Virus record (IMG/VR): IMGVR_UViG_3300042197_003251
Coordinates: 17,018 to 81,017 of that record
DNA length: 64,000 nucleotides
Direction: 5' to 3' (one strand)
DNA from: a virus
The position numbers and the translations under genes were made by a program. The notes under the pieces were generated by a model that saw only the letters and a program-made list of their open reading frames with translations, ran no database searches and was not told the origin of the DNA. Below, piece by piece: positions 1 to 8,786 of this stretch; position 1 is the first letter of the stretch; the number at the start of each line of letters is the position of its first letter.

Positions 1-108
1 ATAGTACTTAATCCACATTCCGCCACTTAACTATATATCCACAAATATAATTGTTTTTGTCTAACTTTCAAAATATTTATATAAAAATAAAAACTAATTT
101 TTTTAAAA

Positions 109-279
109 ATGGTACAAAAAGAACAAGTATTAGGTTTAATTAGACACGCACTTACATTTATCGGTGGAGTCGTTGTTGCTAAAGGTTTAGCGACTGATAG
201 TCAAATGATGGATATCGTTGGTATGACTATGACTCTTGTAGGTGCAGTATGGTCTGTTATGTCTAACAAAACTGCTTAA
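109..279 (+). CDS. Small two-TM membrane protein, putative holin (56 aa, not in ORF track)
   Basis: MVQKEQVLGLIRHALTFIGGVVVAKG...VGAVWSVMSNKTA; two hydrophobic segments; TATTTATA upstream (74-81) and terminator downstream. Confidence 0.65.
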   Translation: MVQKEQVLGLIRHALTFIGGVVVAKGLATDSQMMDIVGMTMTLVGAVWSVMSNKTA

Positions 280-304
280 TTTAAAATTTACATTTTTTTA
301 AAAT

Positions 305-334
305 GTGGGGTGCCCGTATTGACACCCCACTTTT
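305..334. terminator. Intrinsic terminator hairpin between convergent genes
   Basis: GTGGGGTG...CACCCCAC stem followed by TTTT. Confidence 0.7.
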
Positions 335-339
335 GTTTA

Positions 340-1089
340 TCAGATATATGTTTCAGCGAGTTCCCACAATTTTGTATTAATCATTGTGTCCATAGTAAGA
401 GATGTGATTGGTCTAACTGTACGAACGTTTGAGCCATTTCCTCTTACAAACCCACCGCGAATTAGTTTCTCCTGTATAACATTAAATGTATTCCAAAGTG
501 TATCATCTTTATCACCATCACGAAGTGGGCTGATGATTGTTTCAAGTTGGAGTGTTGATACGTCTTCAACATTTTTCCAACGAATTCCAATTGCTTTGTT
601 TGCGAAGTCAATTTTCTTTTCGGTGTCCATTTTAACATCCATCATTTTAACAACCGACCTTTCAATAACTGGTGCCATTTTGATGAAGTTTTCTGTAATT
701 TGGTTAACCTCGTCCATCTGAATATTCATATGTCGTTGGTTTAGGTTACCAAAATCTTGCATTGGAACCACAAGTCCGTTTGAACATACAAGTCGGAATA
801 AACCAGCTCCGACTTGGAGTTTTGTTCTTCCATCATGTGAGTTAGTTATAATCGCTTCAACAAGTGAATCACCTACTTTTGGTAATTCGGAGTTACGGAG
901 TCTCACCGAATGTTTCGCGTATTTGCTAATTCCAACTTGTTTTGCTCCTGATACTTCCCAACCTGCGTTCATAAATTGGTTTACGACATCAATTGTTGGG
1001 ACAACTGAATATCGGTCTGATAGTTTTGCAGCTTTTTCTGTGTTAAACACCGAAGGTGTTAGTGATTGTAGTTCTGATAGTGTAATCAT
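340..1089 (-). CDS. DUF932/DUF945-family protein
   Basis: NSHDG...GLFRLVCSNGLV...H motif and LWNTFNVIQE; Bacteroidota-type TATATTTG promoter upstream. Confidence 0.85.
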   Translation of the reverse strand: MITLSELQSLTPSVFNTEKAAKLSDRYSVVPTIDVVNQFMNAGWEVSGAKQVGISKYAKHSVRLRNSELPKVGDSLVEAIITNSHDGRTKLQVGAGLFRLVCSNGLVVPMQDFGNLNQRHMNIQMDEVNQITENFIKMAPVIERSVVKMMDVKMDTEKKIDFANKAIGIRWKNVEDVSTLQLETIISPLRDGDKDDTLWNTFNVIQEKLIRGGFVRGNGSNVRTVRPITSLTMDTMINTKLWELAETYI

Positions 1090-1162
1090 AATTTTATTGG
1101 TTTTAATTGTGAGTACAAATATACAACCAATAATTGATTCTCCAAACTTTTTTTAAAAAAAA

Positions 1163-1894
1163 TTACTTTTCTATTCTTGGGGGTTTAATTTTTTTTGTTT
1201 TTAAAACTTTTAATACCAAATCTCCTGTTCCCCATGTTTTCAGGTCAGAACTACATCCCGCAATTTTTTCAGCCCCAACGTCATTTCTTAAACCATTAAT
1301 AATACAAGGATATCTTTTATTTAAAAGTGTTTTAATTGTCGCCTCAATTCCAATATCTTTTGATGAATAATTTTTAACTCCAACTTTATTGTAGTCAGAT
1401 ATTCTTGGGTCATCTTTCATGCCTTGTGTGGTGTTAAATGGGTTGTTTTTTGCCTTAGCTCCTTCTGCCTGTCTCCAAGCATAAAGAAATTTAAAATTTT
1501 CATCCGTGTATGGAGCATCAATTCCGTCAAGTATTTTTTTGTAAAAATCTTTGTCTGCAACTCCCTCTACATCAAATTTTGTTTCAACTTCTTTTTCTGA
1601 ACTTTTTTCTCCCCTTGAAGTTTTTTCTTTTTTATAACCGACTTCTTTTTCTAATTCATCTCTTTCACTGGAAGTTAATTTTTTTAATTTATCTAACACA
1701 CCTTCTTTATCATCCGAATCATCCGAACCTGTTATTTTGTTTATCATATCAATTGCCTTTCCACCTTTATCTTTTATAAAATTATAAAGGTCAACAAACC
1801 AAAGCCCTTCATTAAGATTTTTATCTTCATTAATTTGATATAAATTTCTTATTTGTTTTTTTTCTTCTTCTGATATGATAATTCTTTTGCCCAT
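1163..1894 (-). CDS. Putative lysozyme-like cell-wall hydrolase with N-terminal leader
   Basis: C-terminal AWRQAEG...NNPFNTT...NYSS..GIEATIKTL resembles lysozyme-superfamily domains; leader IIISEEEKKQI. Confidence 0.55.
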   Translation of the reverse strand: MGKRIIISEEEKKQIRNLYQINEDKNLNEGLWFVDLYNFIKDKGGKAIDMINKITGSDDSDDKEGVLDKLKKLTSSERDELEKEVGYKKEKTSRGEKSSEKEVETKFDVEGVADKDFYKKILDGIDAPYTDENFKFLYAWRQAEGAKAKNNPFNTTQGMKDDPRISDYNKVGVKNYSSKDIGIEATIKTLLNKRYPCIINGLRNDVGAEKIAGCSSDLKTWGTGDLVLKVLKTKKIKPPRIEK

Positions 1895-1926
1895 AATTTT
1901 TTATTTATAAATATTATGAAAAATAA

Positions 1927-1950
1927 AAAACCCACCATTTGGTGGGTTTT
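1927..1950. terminator. Intrinsic terminator downstream of dnaK
   Basis: AAAACCCACC-attt-GGTGGGTTTT perfect inverted repeat. Confidence 0.8.
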
Positions 1951-1968
1951 AACTATTTTTAATTTATG

Positions 1969-3849
1969 TTATTTTGCCGAAACTTCCTCAAAATCCACAT
2001 CCTGGACTTCAGAGTTTGCATCACCTGTCATATTTGAAGCCATATCTTGAGCTTGTTGATACATCTTCATTGAAATATCTTGGAAGGTCTTATTTGTTTT
2101 TTCAACACATTCTTTGATTTTTTCAATGTTCTTGTCGGCGTTTGCCTTTTTAAGTTCATCAAGACTTTCATTAATTTGGGTTTTTTCTTCTTCTGAAATT
2201 TTATCTTCCAAATCTTTTAATGATTTTTCAACTTGGAATACAGTTGCGTCCCCAGTGTTAATTGTTTCAGCTTCTTCTTTTGCCAATTTATCTGATTCAG
2301 CATTTGCTTCAGCCTCTTGTTTCATCTTTTCAATCTCTTCTTTTGATAGTCCTGAAGATGATTCAATTCGGATATTTTGTTTTTTGTTTGTTCCCTTATC
2401 AAGAGCTGATACATTTATAATACCATTTGCATCAATATCAAACGATACTTCAATTTGCGGAACACCTCTCATTGATGGTGGAATTCCATCAAGGTGGAAC
2501 CTTCCGATTGTTCTATTGTCTTTCGCCATTGACCTTTCTCCCTGAAGAACGTGAATTTCAACTGATGGTTGATTATCAACTGCGGTTGAAAATACTTGGG
2601 AAGCTTTGGTTGGAATTGTTGTGTTTGCATTTATAAGTTTTGTAAACACTCCGCCCATCGTTTCAATTCCAAGTGATAATGGTGTTACGTCAAGAAGAAG
2701 AACATCTGTTACATCACCAGCAAGAACCCCTCCTTGAATTGCCGCTCCAAGAGCAACAACTTCATCAGGATTAACTCCTTTTGATGGTTCTTTTCCGAAG
2801 AATTTCTTAACCGCATCTTGAATTGCCGGAATACGAGTTGAACCTCCAACCAAAATAATCTCATCAATATCGCTGATTTTTAGATTTGCATTTGCCAATG
2901 CTTTTTTACAAGGTTCAATAGTTCTTTGAACTAATGGGTCAACAAGTTGCTCAAATTTAGCCTTTGTTAATGTTCTAACCAAGTGTTTTGGAACACCATC
3001 AACTGGCATAATGTAAGGAAGATTAATTTCTGTTGATTGTGAAGATGATAATTCAATCTTTGCTTTTTCTGCCCCTTCACGAAGACGCTGAAGAGCCATT
3101 GAATCTTGTGTTAAATCAATACCATTTTCATCTTTAAATTCTGAAACAAGCCAATCAATAATTGACTGGTCAAAGTCATCACCACCAAGATGTGTATCAC
3201 CATCGGTTGATAATACCTCAAACACACCATCACCTAAATCCAAAATGGATACATCGTGAGTTCCACCACCACAGTCAAATACAACAATTTTTGAATCTTT
3301 TCCTTTCTTGTCAAGTCCATACGCAAGTGCTGCTGCTGTTGGTTCATTAATGATACGTTTTACTGTAAGTCCCGCAATTTCACCAGCTTCTTTTGTTGCC
3401 TGTCTTTGGGCATCGTTAAAGTAGGCCGGTACTGTAATAACCGCCTCTGTAACTTCTTGTCCCAAATAATCTTCTGCGGTTTGTTTCATCTTTTGAAGAA
3501 CAATTGCCGAAATTTCTTGGGGGCTATACTTTTTGTCATCAATTTGAACTCTTGGTGTATTACCCTCACCTTTAACTACTTTATAAGGAACTCGTTTTGC
3601 TTCCTTTTTTGTTTCATCATAAGATGACCCCATAAAACGTTTAATTGAATTAACAGTTTTATCAGGATTTGTGACCGCTTGTCTTTTTGCTGGGTCACCA
3701 ATCTTTCTTTCACCACCTTTTGTAAATCCTACGATTGAAGGGGTGGTTCTTTTTCCTTCACTGTTCGCAATAACTTTAGGTTCTCCGTTTTCCATAACGG
3801 CTACACATGAATTTGTAGTTCCTAAATCTACACCAATAATTTTTCCCAT
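1969..3849 (-). CDS. dnaK: Molecular chaperone DnaK (Hsp70)
   Basis: [57 protein letters not shown]-terminal DVDFEEV. Confidence 0.99.
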   Translation of the reverse strand: MGKIIGVDLGTTNSCVAVMENGEPKVIANSEGKRTTPSIVGFTKGGERKIGDPAKRQAVTNPDKTVNSIKRFMGSSYDETKKEAKRVPYKVVKGEGNTPRVQIDDKKYSPQEISAIVLQKMKQTAEDYLGQEVTEAVITVPAYFNDAQRQATKEAGEIAGLTVKRIINEPTAAALAYGLDKKGKDSKIVVFDCGGGTHDVSILDLGDGVFEVLSTDGDTHLGGDDFDQSIIDWLVSEFKDENGIDLTQDSMALQRLREGAEKAKIELSSSQSTEINLPYIMPVDGVPKHLVRTLTKAKFEQLVDPLVQRTIEPCKKALANANLKISDIDEIILVGGSTRIPAIQDAVKKFFGKEPSKGVNPDEVVALGAAIQGGVLAGDVTDVLLLDVTPLSLGIETMGGVFTKLINANTTIPTKASQVFSTAVDNQPSVEIHVLQGERSMAKDNRTIGRFHLDGIPPSMRGVPQIEVSFDIDANGIINVSALDKGTNKKQNIRIESSSGLSKEEIEKMKQEAEANAESDKLAKEEAETINTGDATVFQVEKSLKDLEDKISEEEKTQINESLDELKKANADKNIEKIKECVEKTNKTFQDISMKMYQQAQDMASNMTGDANSEVQDVDFEEVSAK

Positions 3850-3914
3850 AATTTTTTTTATTTAATAATAAAGTTTATTTTAATGGAATCAAGTTCCAAA
3901 AAAATATTTCTTAA

Positions 3915-3951
3915 AAAATATGCCAAACTTACTAACCTGACAGATTGTCAG
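3915..3951 (-). promoter_or_regulatory. Candidate regulatory element upstream of dnaK
   Basis: Palindrome CTGACA-gat-TGTCAG (3937-3951) plus TTGGCA on the minus strand (3921-3926). Confidence 0.45.
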
Positions 3952-4024
3952 TGTTTTTTTTATTTTTATGACAATAATTAAACTTAACGCTTTAATAATC
4001 GCCTACTGAAGATTAATGTCAGGA

Positions 4025-4318
4025 TTAATTTAAAATAATCATAAAATTAGTAACGGTTAGTACCATAAATATTAAAGGGTACCAATCACTTCTTTCAATT
4101 TGTTTTTTAGGTTTTAGACTTATTTCACCTTTTTTATTTGTAATAGTTTTATAATTAGTCATAGGAAAAACATTGTAATTCACATTAACTTCATCAAAAC
4201 TAACAACCGCGGCTTTTAACTTTTTTACTCTATTTGACATTTCTAAGTTAGATGCATGTATAACTGAATCTTTTGTAATTTTTACAGTAGTACTATCAAT
4301 CCAATTACTTTGATTCAA
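4025..4318 (-). CDS. Hypothetical protein with C-terminal TM segment, probably 5'-truncated
   Basis: TTG start only; in-frame stop 4 codons upstream; hydrophobic C-terminus. Confidence 0.4.
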   Translation of the reverse strand: MNQSNWIDSTTVKITKDSVIHASNLEMSNRVKKLKAAVVSFDEVNVNYNVFPMTNYKTITNKKGEISLKPKKQIERSDWYPLIFMVLTVTNFMIILN

Positions 4319-4765
4319 TTCATTATTTCAGGTTCTTATGAACAAGATTGGTCTTCACTTATTAATATTTGTAAAAAACTGAAAATAAATTACAAAATAG
4401 ATAGATTCATTACAAATAAAAACCACAAGTATTCTAGATTCTTAATACATAGGAATGAAGATGTTCTGAATTTTGGAAACTTCATATACTCAGGAAAAAA
4501 TTTAGGTCTATCAAGAAAGTTTGGAAAATTTTTTGAGATTAAGCAATATATAATGGAGAAAAAAACAAACCTTTTTCAATGCTTTGACAAAAATAATATA
4601 TTAATAAAGAATTTTGATTCTTTGAAATCCGCGTCTGACTGGATTAATAGAGGTAAGTATGTTGGCAGCTCAATTAATGACTGTATAATTGACCGCCAAC
4701 CTACCGCATATGGTTATATGTGGAAAAAAATTAAAACTGAATTACCTCCCATTCACCAGTTTTGA
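4310..4765 (+). pseudogene. 5'-truncated LAGLIDADG-type homing endonuclease with C-terminal NUMOD1-like domain
   Basis: ...FIYSGKNLGLSRKFGKF resembles the LAGLIDADG C-terminus; FDSLKSAS...INDC...TAYGYMWK is NUMOD1-like; catalytic GxFDGDG helix absent; in-frame TGA at 4265. Confidence 0.55.
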
Positions 4766-5426
4766 AGTCAAAATCAATAGTTATTGGTTTCTGCATGTAT
4801 TGATATTGTTCATCAAGCACTGAGGCGTTTATAAATAATGTTCCATTATCAAAAACAATATTACGCCCACTATGGATATGACCACAAACGTGAATTTTAG
4901 GTTTGATTGTTTTAATACGATTGGTTAAAAGTTGACAACCAAGATTTTCATATGAACCAACAACTCTATCGTTATAACCAAATGCCGGTCCGTGTGTTAC
5001 CAAAATATCAACATCATCAGGTACCATATTCCATTTTTCACTTAACTCATTTCCGTTTCTTGGAAGATTAAATGCCCAACTATGAAATTCTGGTTGCCAA
5101 GGACTACCATAAACTTTTATAAGTTCATCCAAATTTGGTGCAAAAGATAGATAATCGTCCTGAAGATAATTAATCCACTTATAAGAGTTTAAAATTTCTT
5201 CTGTTTCTAAAACTCTATCTTGAAATCCAAAATCGTGATTTCCAGCAATGAAAACTACTGTAGTATAGTTGTTCAAACCATTAAGCCACTTACAAAAGTT
5301 TTTAATTTCGTGTCTATGACCCATTGAAGATATATCACCGGCGTGAATGAGCAAATCTCCACCAGGTAAATCTTTAGTAATCTGATTGTGCTTATTGTGT
5401 GTATCTGATATGAATGTTATTCTCAT
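4731..5426 (-). CDS. Calcineurin-like metallophosphoesterase
   Basis: SDTH, HAGD, AGNHD, THGP, GHIH motifs. Confidence 0.93.
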   Translation of the reverse strand: MRITFISDTHNKHNQITKDLPGGDLLIHAGDISSMGHRHEIKNFCKWLNGLNNYTTVVFIAGNHDFGFQDRVLETEEILNSYKWINYLQDDYLSFAPNLDELIKVYGSPWQPEFHSWAFNLPRNGNELSEKWNMVPDDVDILVTHGPAFGYNDRVVGSYENLGCQLLTNRIKTIKPKIHVCGHIHSGRNIVFDNGTLFINASVLDEQYQYMQKPITIDFDFKTGEWEVIQF

Positions 5427-5443
5427 ACCACAAATATAAGAAA

Positions 5444-6307
5444 TTAAATTAAATTAACCAAATCTTTAAATTGTTGTTTGTTGTCTTTAATCCATTTTAA
5501 CATATCTGGACGAATTTTGTTTGAGTATGGTCCAAATATTTTTGAAATTTCATTTTCTTCTTGATTAATTGTTAAAAATTGGTCATATTCTTTTTGTGAA
5601 ATTCTTGGAACCACAATATCAAATGTGTTTCCCTGTGTTCTAACCGCCGAACTTTTAATTCTAATTTGATGGCCTCCCTTTTGTTTTGGTGCCGAGCAAT
5701 TTGAAGCTCTTGAAAAAACTTCAACAAATTGTTCTTTTGTAAAATAATGACTTCTTATTCTGTCAGGAAGTTTTGTTGAAACACAAACAACATCGGCAAT
5801 TATATTTTGTAGTATTAGTTTTTTAATGTCAACAATTTCTGGGTCTTCAATTAAAAATAAATTTGTTTCATTGTAGTCTGACATTACCTTATTTACAATT
5901 TGATTTACGTTTTCTCCCATCTTTGATAAAACTGTTTTGTATCCACCAATAACTGGACTTTCTCCATCATCTTCAATATACTTTTGTTCAACCGTACCAA
6001 TATCAACTCTGTAGTCCCAACTTCCTGATTTATCCTTGTTCAATTCTCCATTATAAATTCCACACATAAGTCCTTCAAAAGAATGCCCTCTAATTTCTTT
6101 ATATTTAACAATCCTGTTAATATAATCTTTCATTCTCATCTTATTAACCGTATCCAACTGGTTTAGGTCAGCAGTTTTTCCAAATTCAAATGACATTCCA
6201 TGTACCATCATAATTCTTTTAATAACTTCAGTTGCCTCTTGTTTAACAATAGGAATTGGGTTATATAAATAAAATTTGTTCTTATCTTCTTTAATTACTT
6301 TTTTCAT
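5444..6307 (-). CDS. Hypothetical protein, possible PD-(D/E)XK restriction-endonuclease-like fold
   Basis: RGHSFEGLM...WD...VEQK spacing fits E...D...ExK. Confidence 0.4.
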   Translation of the reverse strand: MKKVIKEDKNKFYLYNPIPIVKQEATEVIKRIMMVHGMSFEFGKTADLNQLDTVNKMRMKDYINRIVKYKEIRGHSFEGLMCGIYNGELNKDKSGSWDYRVDIGTVEQKYIEDDGESPVIGGYKTVLSKMGENVNQIVNKVMSDYNETNLFLIEDPEIVDIKKLILQNIIADVVCVSTKLPDRIRSHYFTKEQFVEVFSRASNCSAPKQKGGHQIRIKSSAVRTQGNTFDIVVPRISQKEYDQFLTINQEENEISKIFGPYSNKIRPDMLKWIKDNKQQFKDLVNLI

Positions 6308-6615
6308 TTTCCAATAACTAATTCATTATAATTAAGCGTGTCCATTCCTTTCATGTCATCTGTTATTTCGTCATACATATAAGCTTTAACAACACTTGTA
6401 ATTGATTGTTCGGCTTGAGCAATTTTGCTTTCCATCCAATCATCAAGTTCCTCATCTTCGGGCATTTCTTCCCACATTTTATATGCAAGAGTTGCAATAA
6501 TGAATAATTGTTGTTTTGCCATATAATTTCCATCCTTCCCCTCCTTAACTTCACCTTTGGTGATTGTTTCTTGGAGTTTCTTTAATTGGGATTCACTTAA
6601 TATAAATTTTGCCAT
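6304..6615 (-). CDS. Phage hypothetical protein
   Basis: 103-aa ORF; TATTTATA promoter upstream; ILSESQLKKLQE leader. Confidence 0.75.
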   Translation of the reverse strand: MAKFILSESQLKKLQETITKGEVKEGKDGNYMAKQQLFIIATLAYKMWEEMPEDEELDDWMESKIAQAEQSITSVVKAYMYDEITDDMKGMDTLNYNELVIGK

Positions 6616-6649
6616 TTTTCTTTTTTTATATAAATAGATTGTTATAACA

Positions 6650-6677
6650 AAAAAACAGGACCCGAAGGTCCTATTTT
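6650..6677 (-). terminator. Intrinsic terminator
   Basis: AGGACC-TTCG-GGTCCT followed by a T run on the minus strand. Confidence 0.85.
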
Positions 6678-6732
6678 TAAGCCCATCCTCCGAAATTTGG
6701 AGGAGTCCACCACTTTGTTAAACAAAGATTAT

Positions 6733-6990
6733 TTAAGCCTTTAATTTTGCCAATACTTGTTCAGTATGAGTTACTTTGGTTGGGGTTGTGAATATTAAAC
6801 ACTCTTTAAGTATTTTGGAAGGAATTTGAATAAGAGTATCAGTCACATTAAAGTGATGAAACCCTTTATCTGAATCAATTGACGCTTGAACCATTCCCAA
6901 AAATAATTTGGTCTGTGTAGCATCAGAAAAAGTTTCAGTCATTATCGTTCCAAATTCTGGATGTATTATGTTCAGAGTTGTAATTTTCAT
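6733..6990 (-). CDS. Hypothetical protein
   Basis: 85-aa ORF directly after a TATATTTG promoter (near-leaderless). Confidence 0.7.
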   Translation of the reverse strand: MKITTLNIIHPEFGTIMTETFSDATQTKLFLGMVQASIDSDKGFHHFNVTDTLIQIPSKILKECLIFTTPTKVTHTEQVLAKLKA

Positions 6991-7026
6991 ACCACAAATA
7001 TACGGCTAAATTATTGTTGAACCAAA

Positions 7027-7290
7027 TTATTTTTCAACTTTGACTATAAAATCAGTCTTGCTTTTTGAAAAATCTTCTTCTTTGATTTCATTCCAGGTTA
7101 ATTCATTCAAAAAACTTTGAAAATCCTTATCCTTTATTTTTTTTAGGTATTTGAGTAAGTCCTCTTCCGTCGCATTAGGATTTACCTCAAGAAATTGTTT
7201 GATTAAAGGGAACTTTTCCAAATCTACTATTTGGAGTTCTCTTACCCCTTTGTAGTAGTGCGATTCTACTACGCCAATTTTAATTTCCAT
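7027..7290 (-). CDS. Hypothetical protein
   Basis: 87-aa ORF, TATTTATA upstream. Confidence 0.7.
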   Translation of the reverse strand: MEIKIGVVESHYYKGVRELQIVDLEKFPLIKQFLEVNPNATEEDLLKYLKKIKDKDFQSFLNELTWNEIKEEDFSKSKTDFIVKVEK

Positions 7291-7334
7291 ATCAATAGAT
7301 TGTTATCTATAAATATTTTTAAAATCGTTAATGT

Positions 7335-7628
7335 CTAATCTTGGTAAGTAAAATCTATATTAACTGATAGGGGTAAATTCGCAATATCCTCATTACAAGT
7401 AAATCTGCCAGTATCACCGACTATAAAAATAATTTTCATAAGGTCATTATCTTGTAAGTCTGAATCCGTTTTAATGAAAACATTTGTCTTAAATATTCGT
7501 CTATCTTCATCGTCAGACCATAGATAAACACCTTTATCATATTCAATATCAAGAACTTCAGTTTTTTCAAACTGCTTCTTAACTTGTGAATTAATTATTT
7601 TGATATAATTTTTACTTATTTTATTCAT
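7335..7628 (-). CDS. Hypothetical protein (start moved to MNKISK)
   Basis: TATATTTG promoter at 7633-7640 lies inside the longer ORF call. Confidence 0.65.
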   Translation of the reverse strand: MNKISKNYIKIINSQVKKQFEKTEVLDIEYDKGVYLWSDDEDRRIFKTNVFIKTDSDLQDNDLMKIIFIVGDTGRFTCNEDIANLPLSVNIDFTYQD

Positions 7629-7644
7629 AGAGCAAATATACGGC

Positions 7645-7672
7645 AAAAAAAATGGTGAGCCAAAAGCTCACC
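7645..7672 (-). terminator. Terminator of the tRNA/small-RNA transcript
   Basis: GGTGAGC-tttt(g)-GCTCACC followed by a T run on the minus strand. Confidence 0.8.
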
Positions 7673-7680
7673 TTATTTTT

Positions 7681-7780
7681 ATAGTCCATAGTGTTCACAT
7701 TTACCACTACGGAAGATTACGACCAGTCAAGTTGTGATTCTTACTTTATGTTGCCCGCAACAGGTGCAATCTACTTCTAT
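7681..7780 (-). ncRNA. Candidate ~100-nt structured RNA between tRNA and terminator
   Basis: Stems AGATTGC-ACC/GGT-C-GTAATCT, TGTTG/CAACA, AGT-AAG/CTT-G-ACT, TCCGTAGTG/CACTATGGA; loops TCACA and TGTGA are complementary. Confidence 0.55.
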
Positions 7781-7782
7781 AG

Positions 7783-7855
7783 TTGCAACTGAAGGATTCG
7801 AACCTCCGACCTTCAGGTTATGAGCCTGACGAGCTGGCCTCTGCTCTAAGTTGCG
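7783..7855 (-). tRNA. tRNA-Met(CAT), initiator-like (C1:A72 mismatch), CCA not encoded
   Basis: CGCAACT TAGAGCAGAGGCCAGCTCG TCAGG CTCATAA CCTGA AGGTC GGAGG TTCGAAT CCTTC AGTTGCA A; full cloverleaf. Confidence 0.93.
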
Positions 7856-7885
7856 ATGTAATAGTTAAACATTAAATATCTAACA

Positions 7886-7920
7886 ATACAAATATACTAA
7901 TAATTTTCACATTTGTCAAT
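7886..7920 (-). promoter_or_regulatory. Bacteroidota-type promoter for the tRNA
   Basis: TTGACA...TATATTTG on the minus strand matches -33 TTG / -7 TAnnTTTG. Confidence 0.75.
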
Positions 7921-7967
7921 TTTTTTTAAAAATCGGTATTTTACTTTTTTTACGGATATTTATTAAT

Positions 7968-8123
7968 ATGAGACCAAGATTAGACGAAACAAAAAAAAGA
8001 GTTAAAGTATCAATAACTCTTAGTCAAAAAATTAATAATAAATTAGAAGGAGACATAATTAACAAATCAAAATTAATTGAAAAATTATTATCGGATTACT
8101 ATGGTAAAAAAGATTTGCAGTAA
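7968..8123 (+). CDS. Small ribbon-helix-helix-like protein (51 aa, not in ORF track)
   Basis: MRPRLDETKKRVKVSITLSQKINNKLEGDIINKSKLIEKLLSDYY; alternating beta-strand then N-K-S-x-L-I-E helix; overlaps HNH start. Confidence 0.75.
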   Translation: MRPRLDETKKRVKVSITLSQKINNKLEGDIINKSKLIEKLLSDYYGKKDLQ

Positions 8124-8784
8124 ATGTAGTATCGAAAAAAATACTAATGAGTTTCAAAAAAACAAATACTCCAAAGATGGATTCAGAAGTGAGTGCTCTG
8201 AGTGCTCCAAAAAAATAAAGAAACTAAAATCTAAAGAACTTATTAGAGAAGAATCAAAAAGATACAGAGAAAAAAATAGAGAAAAATTAAAGGAAAATTT
8301 CAAAATTTATTATATAAATAATAAGAAAAAAGAAAACGAACGAAGTAAAAAATATAGAGAAAAATTAAAAAACAACAAAGAAAATGCGTTACCAGTAAAA
8401 AAAGAACCGTCAGTTCCTTGGAGGGTGAAAAACAAAAATTTGTTCAATAATAAAAAAAAAGAAAAATATCAAAAAGATATCATCTTTAGGTTATCAACAA
8501 ATCTTAGAAATAGGTTGAATAATTTTCTTAAAACAAAAGGTTATAATAAAAATAGTAAAACTTTTGAAATTATAGGTTGTTCCCCTCAACAACTATTAGA
8601 ACATTTAGAAAACCAGTTTGTACCAGGTATGAGTTGGTCAAATAGAAATGAATGGCATATTGACCATATTATCCCCTTATCTTCAGCTAAAGATGAATCT
8701 GAAATATATAAATTATCTCATTACACAAATTTACAACCGCTATGGAAGGTGGATAATCTAAAAAAGGGTTGTAAGTTAATTTAA
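8101..8784 (+). CDS. HNH homing-type endonuclease with N-terminal Zn finger
   Basis: CSKC...CSEC, WHIDHIIPL, HYTNLQPLW..DNLKK; paralog of 45593-46213. Confidence 0.88.
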   Translation: MVKKICSKCSIEKNTNEFQKNKYSKDGFRSECSECSKKIKKLKSKELIREESKRYREKNREKLKENFKIYYINNKKKENERSKKYREKLKNNKENALPVKKEPSVPWRVKNKNLFNNKKKEKYQKDIIFRLSTNLRNRLNNFLKTKGYNKNSKTFEIIGCSPQQLLEHLENQFVPGMSWSNRNEWHIDHIIPLSSAKDESEIYKLSHYTNLQPLWKVDNLKKGCKLI

Positions 8785-8786
8785 CG

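Noticed and set aside
2114-3865. Plus-strand ORFs inside dnaK
   Set aside because: Antisense shadows of a conserved gene
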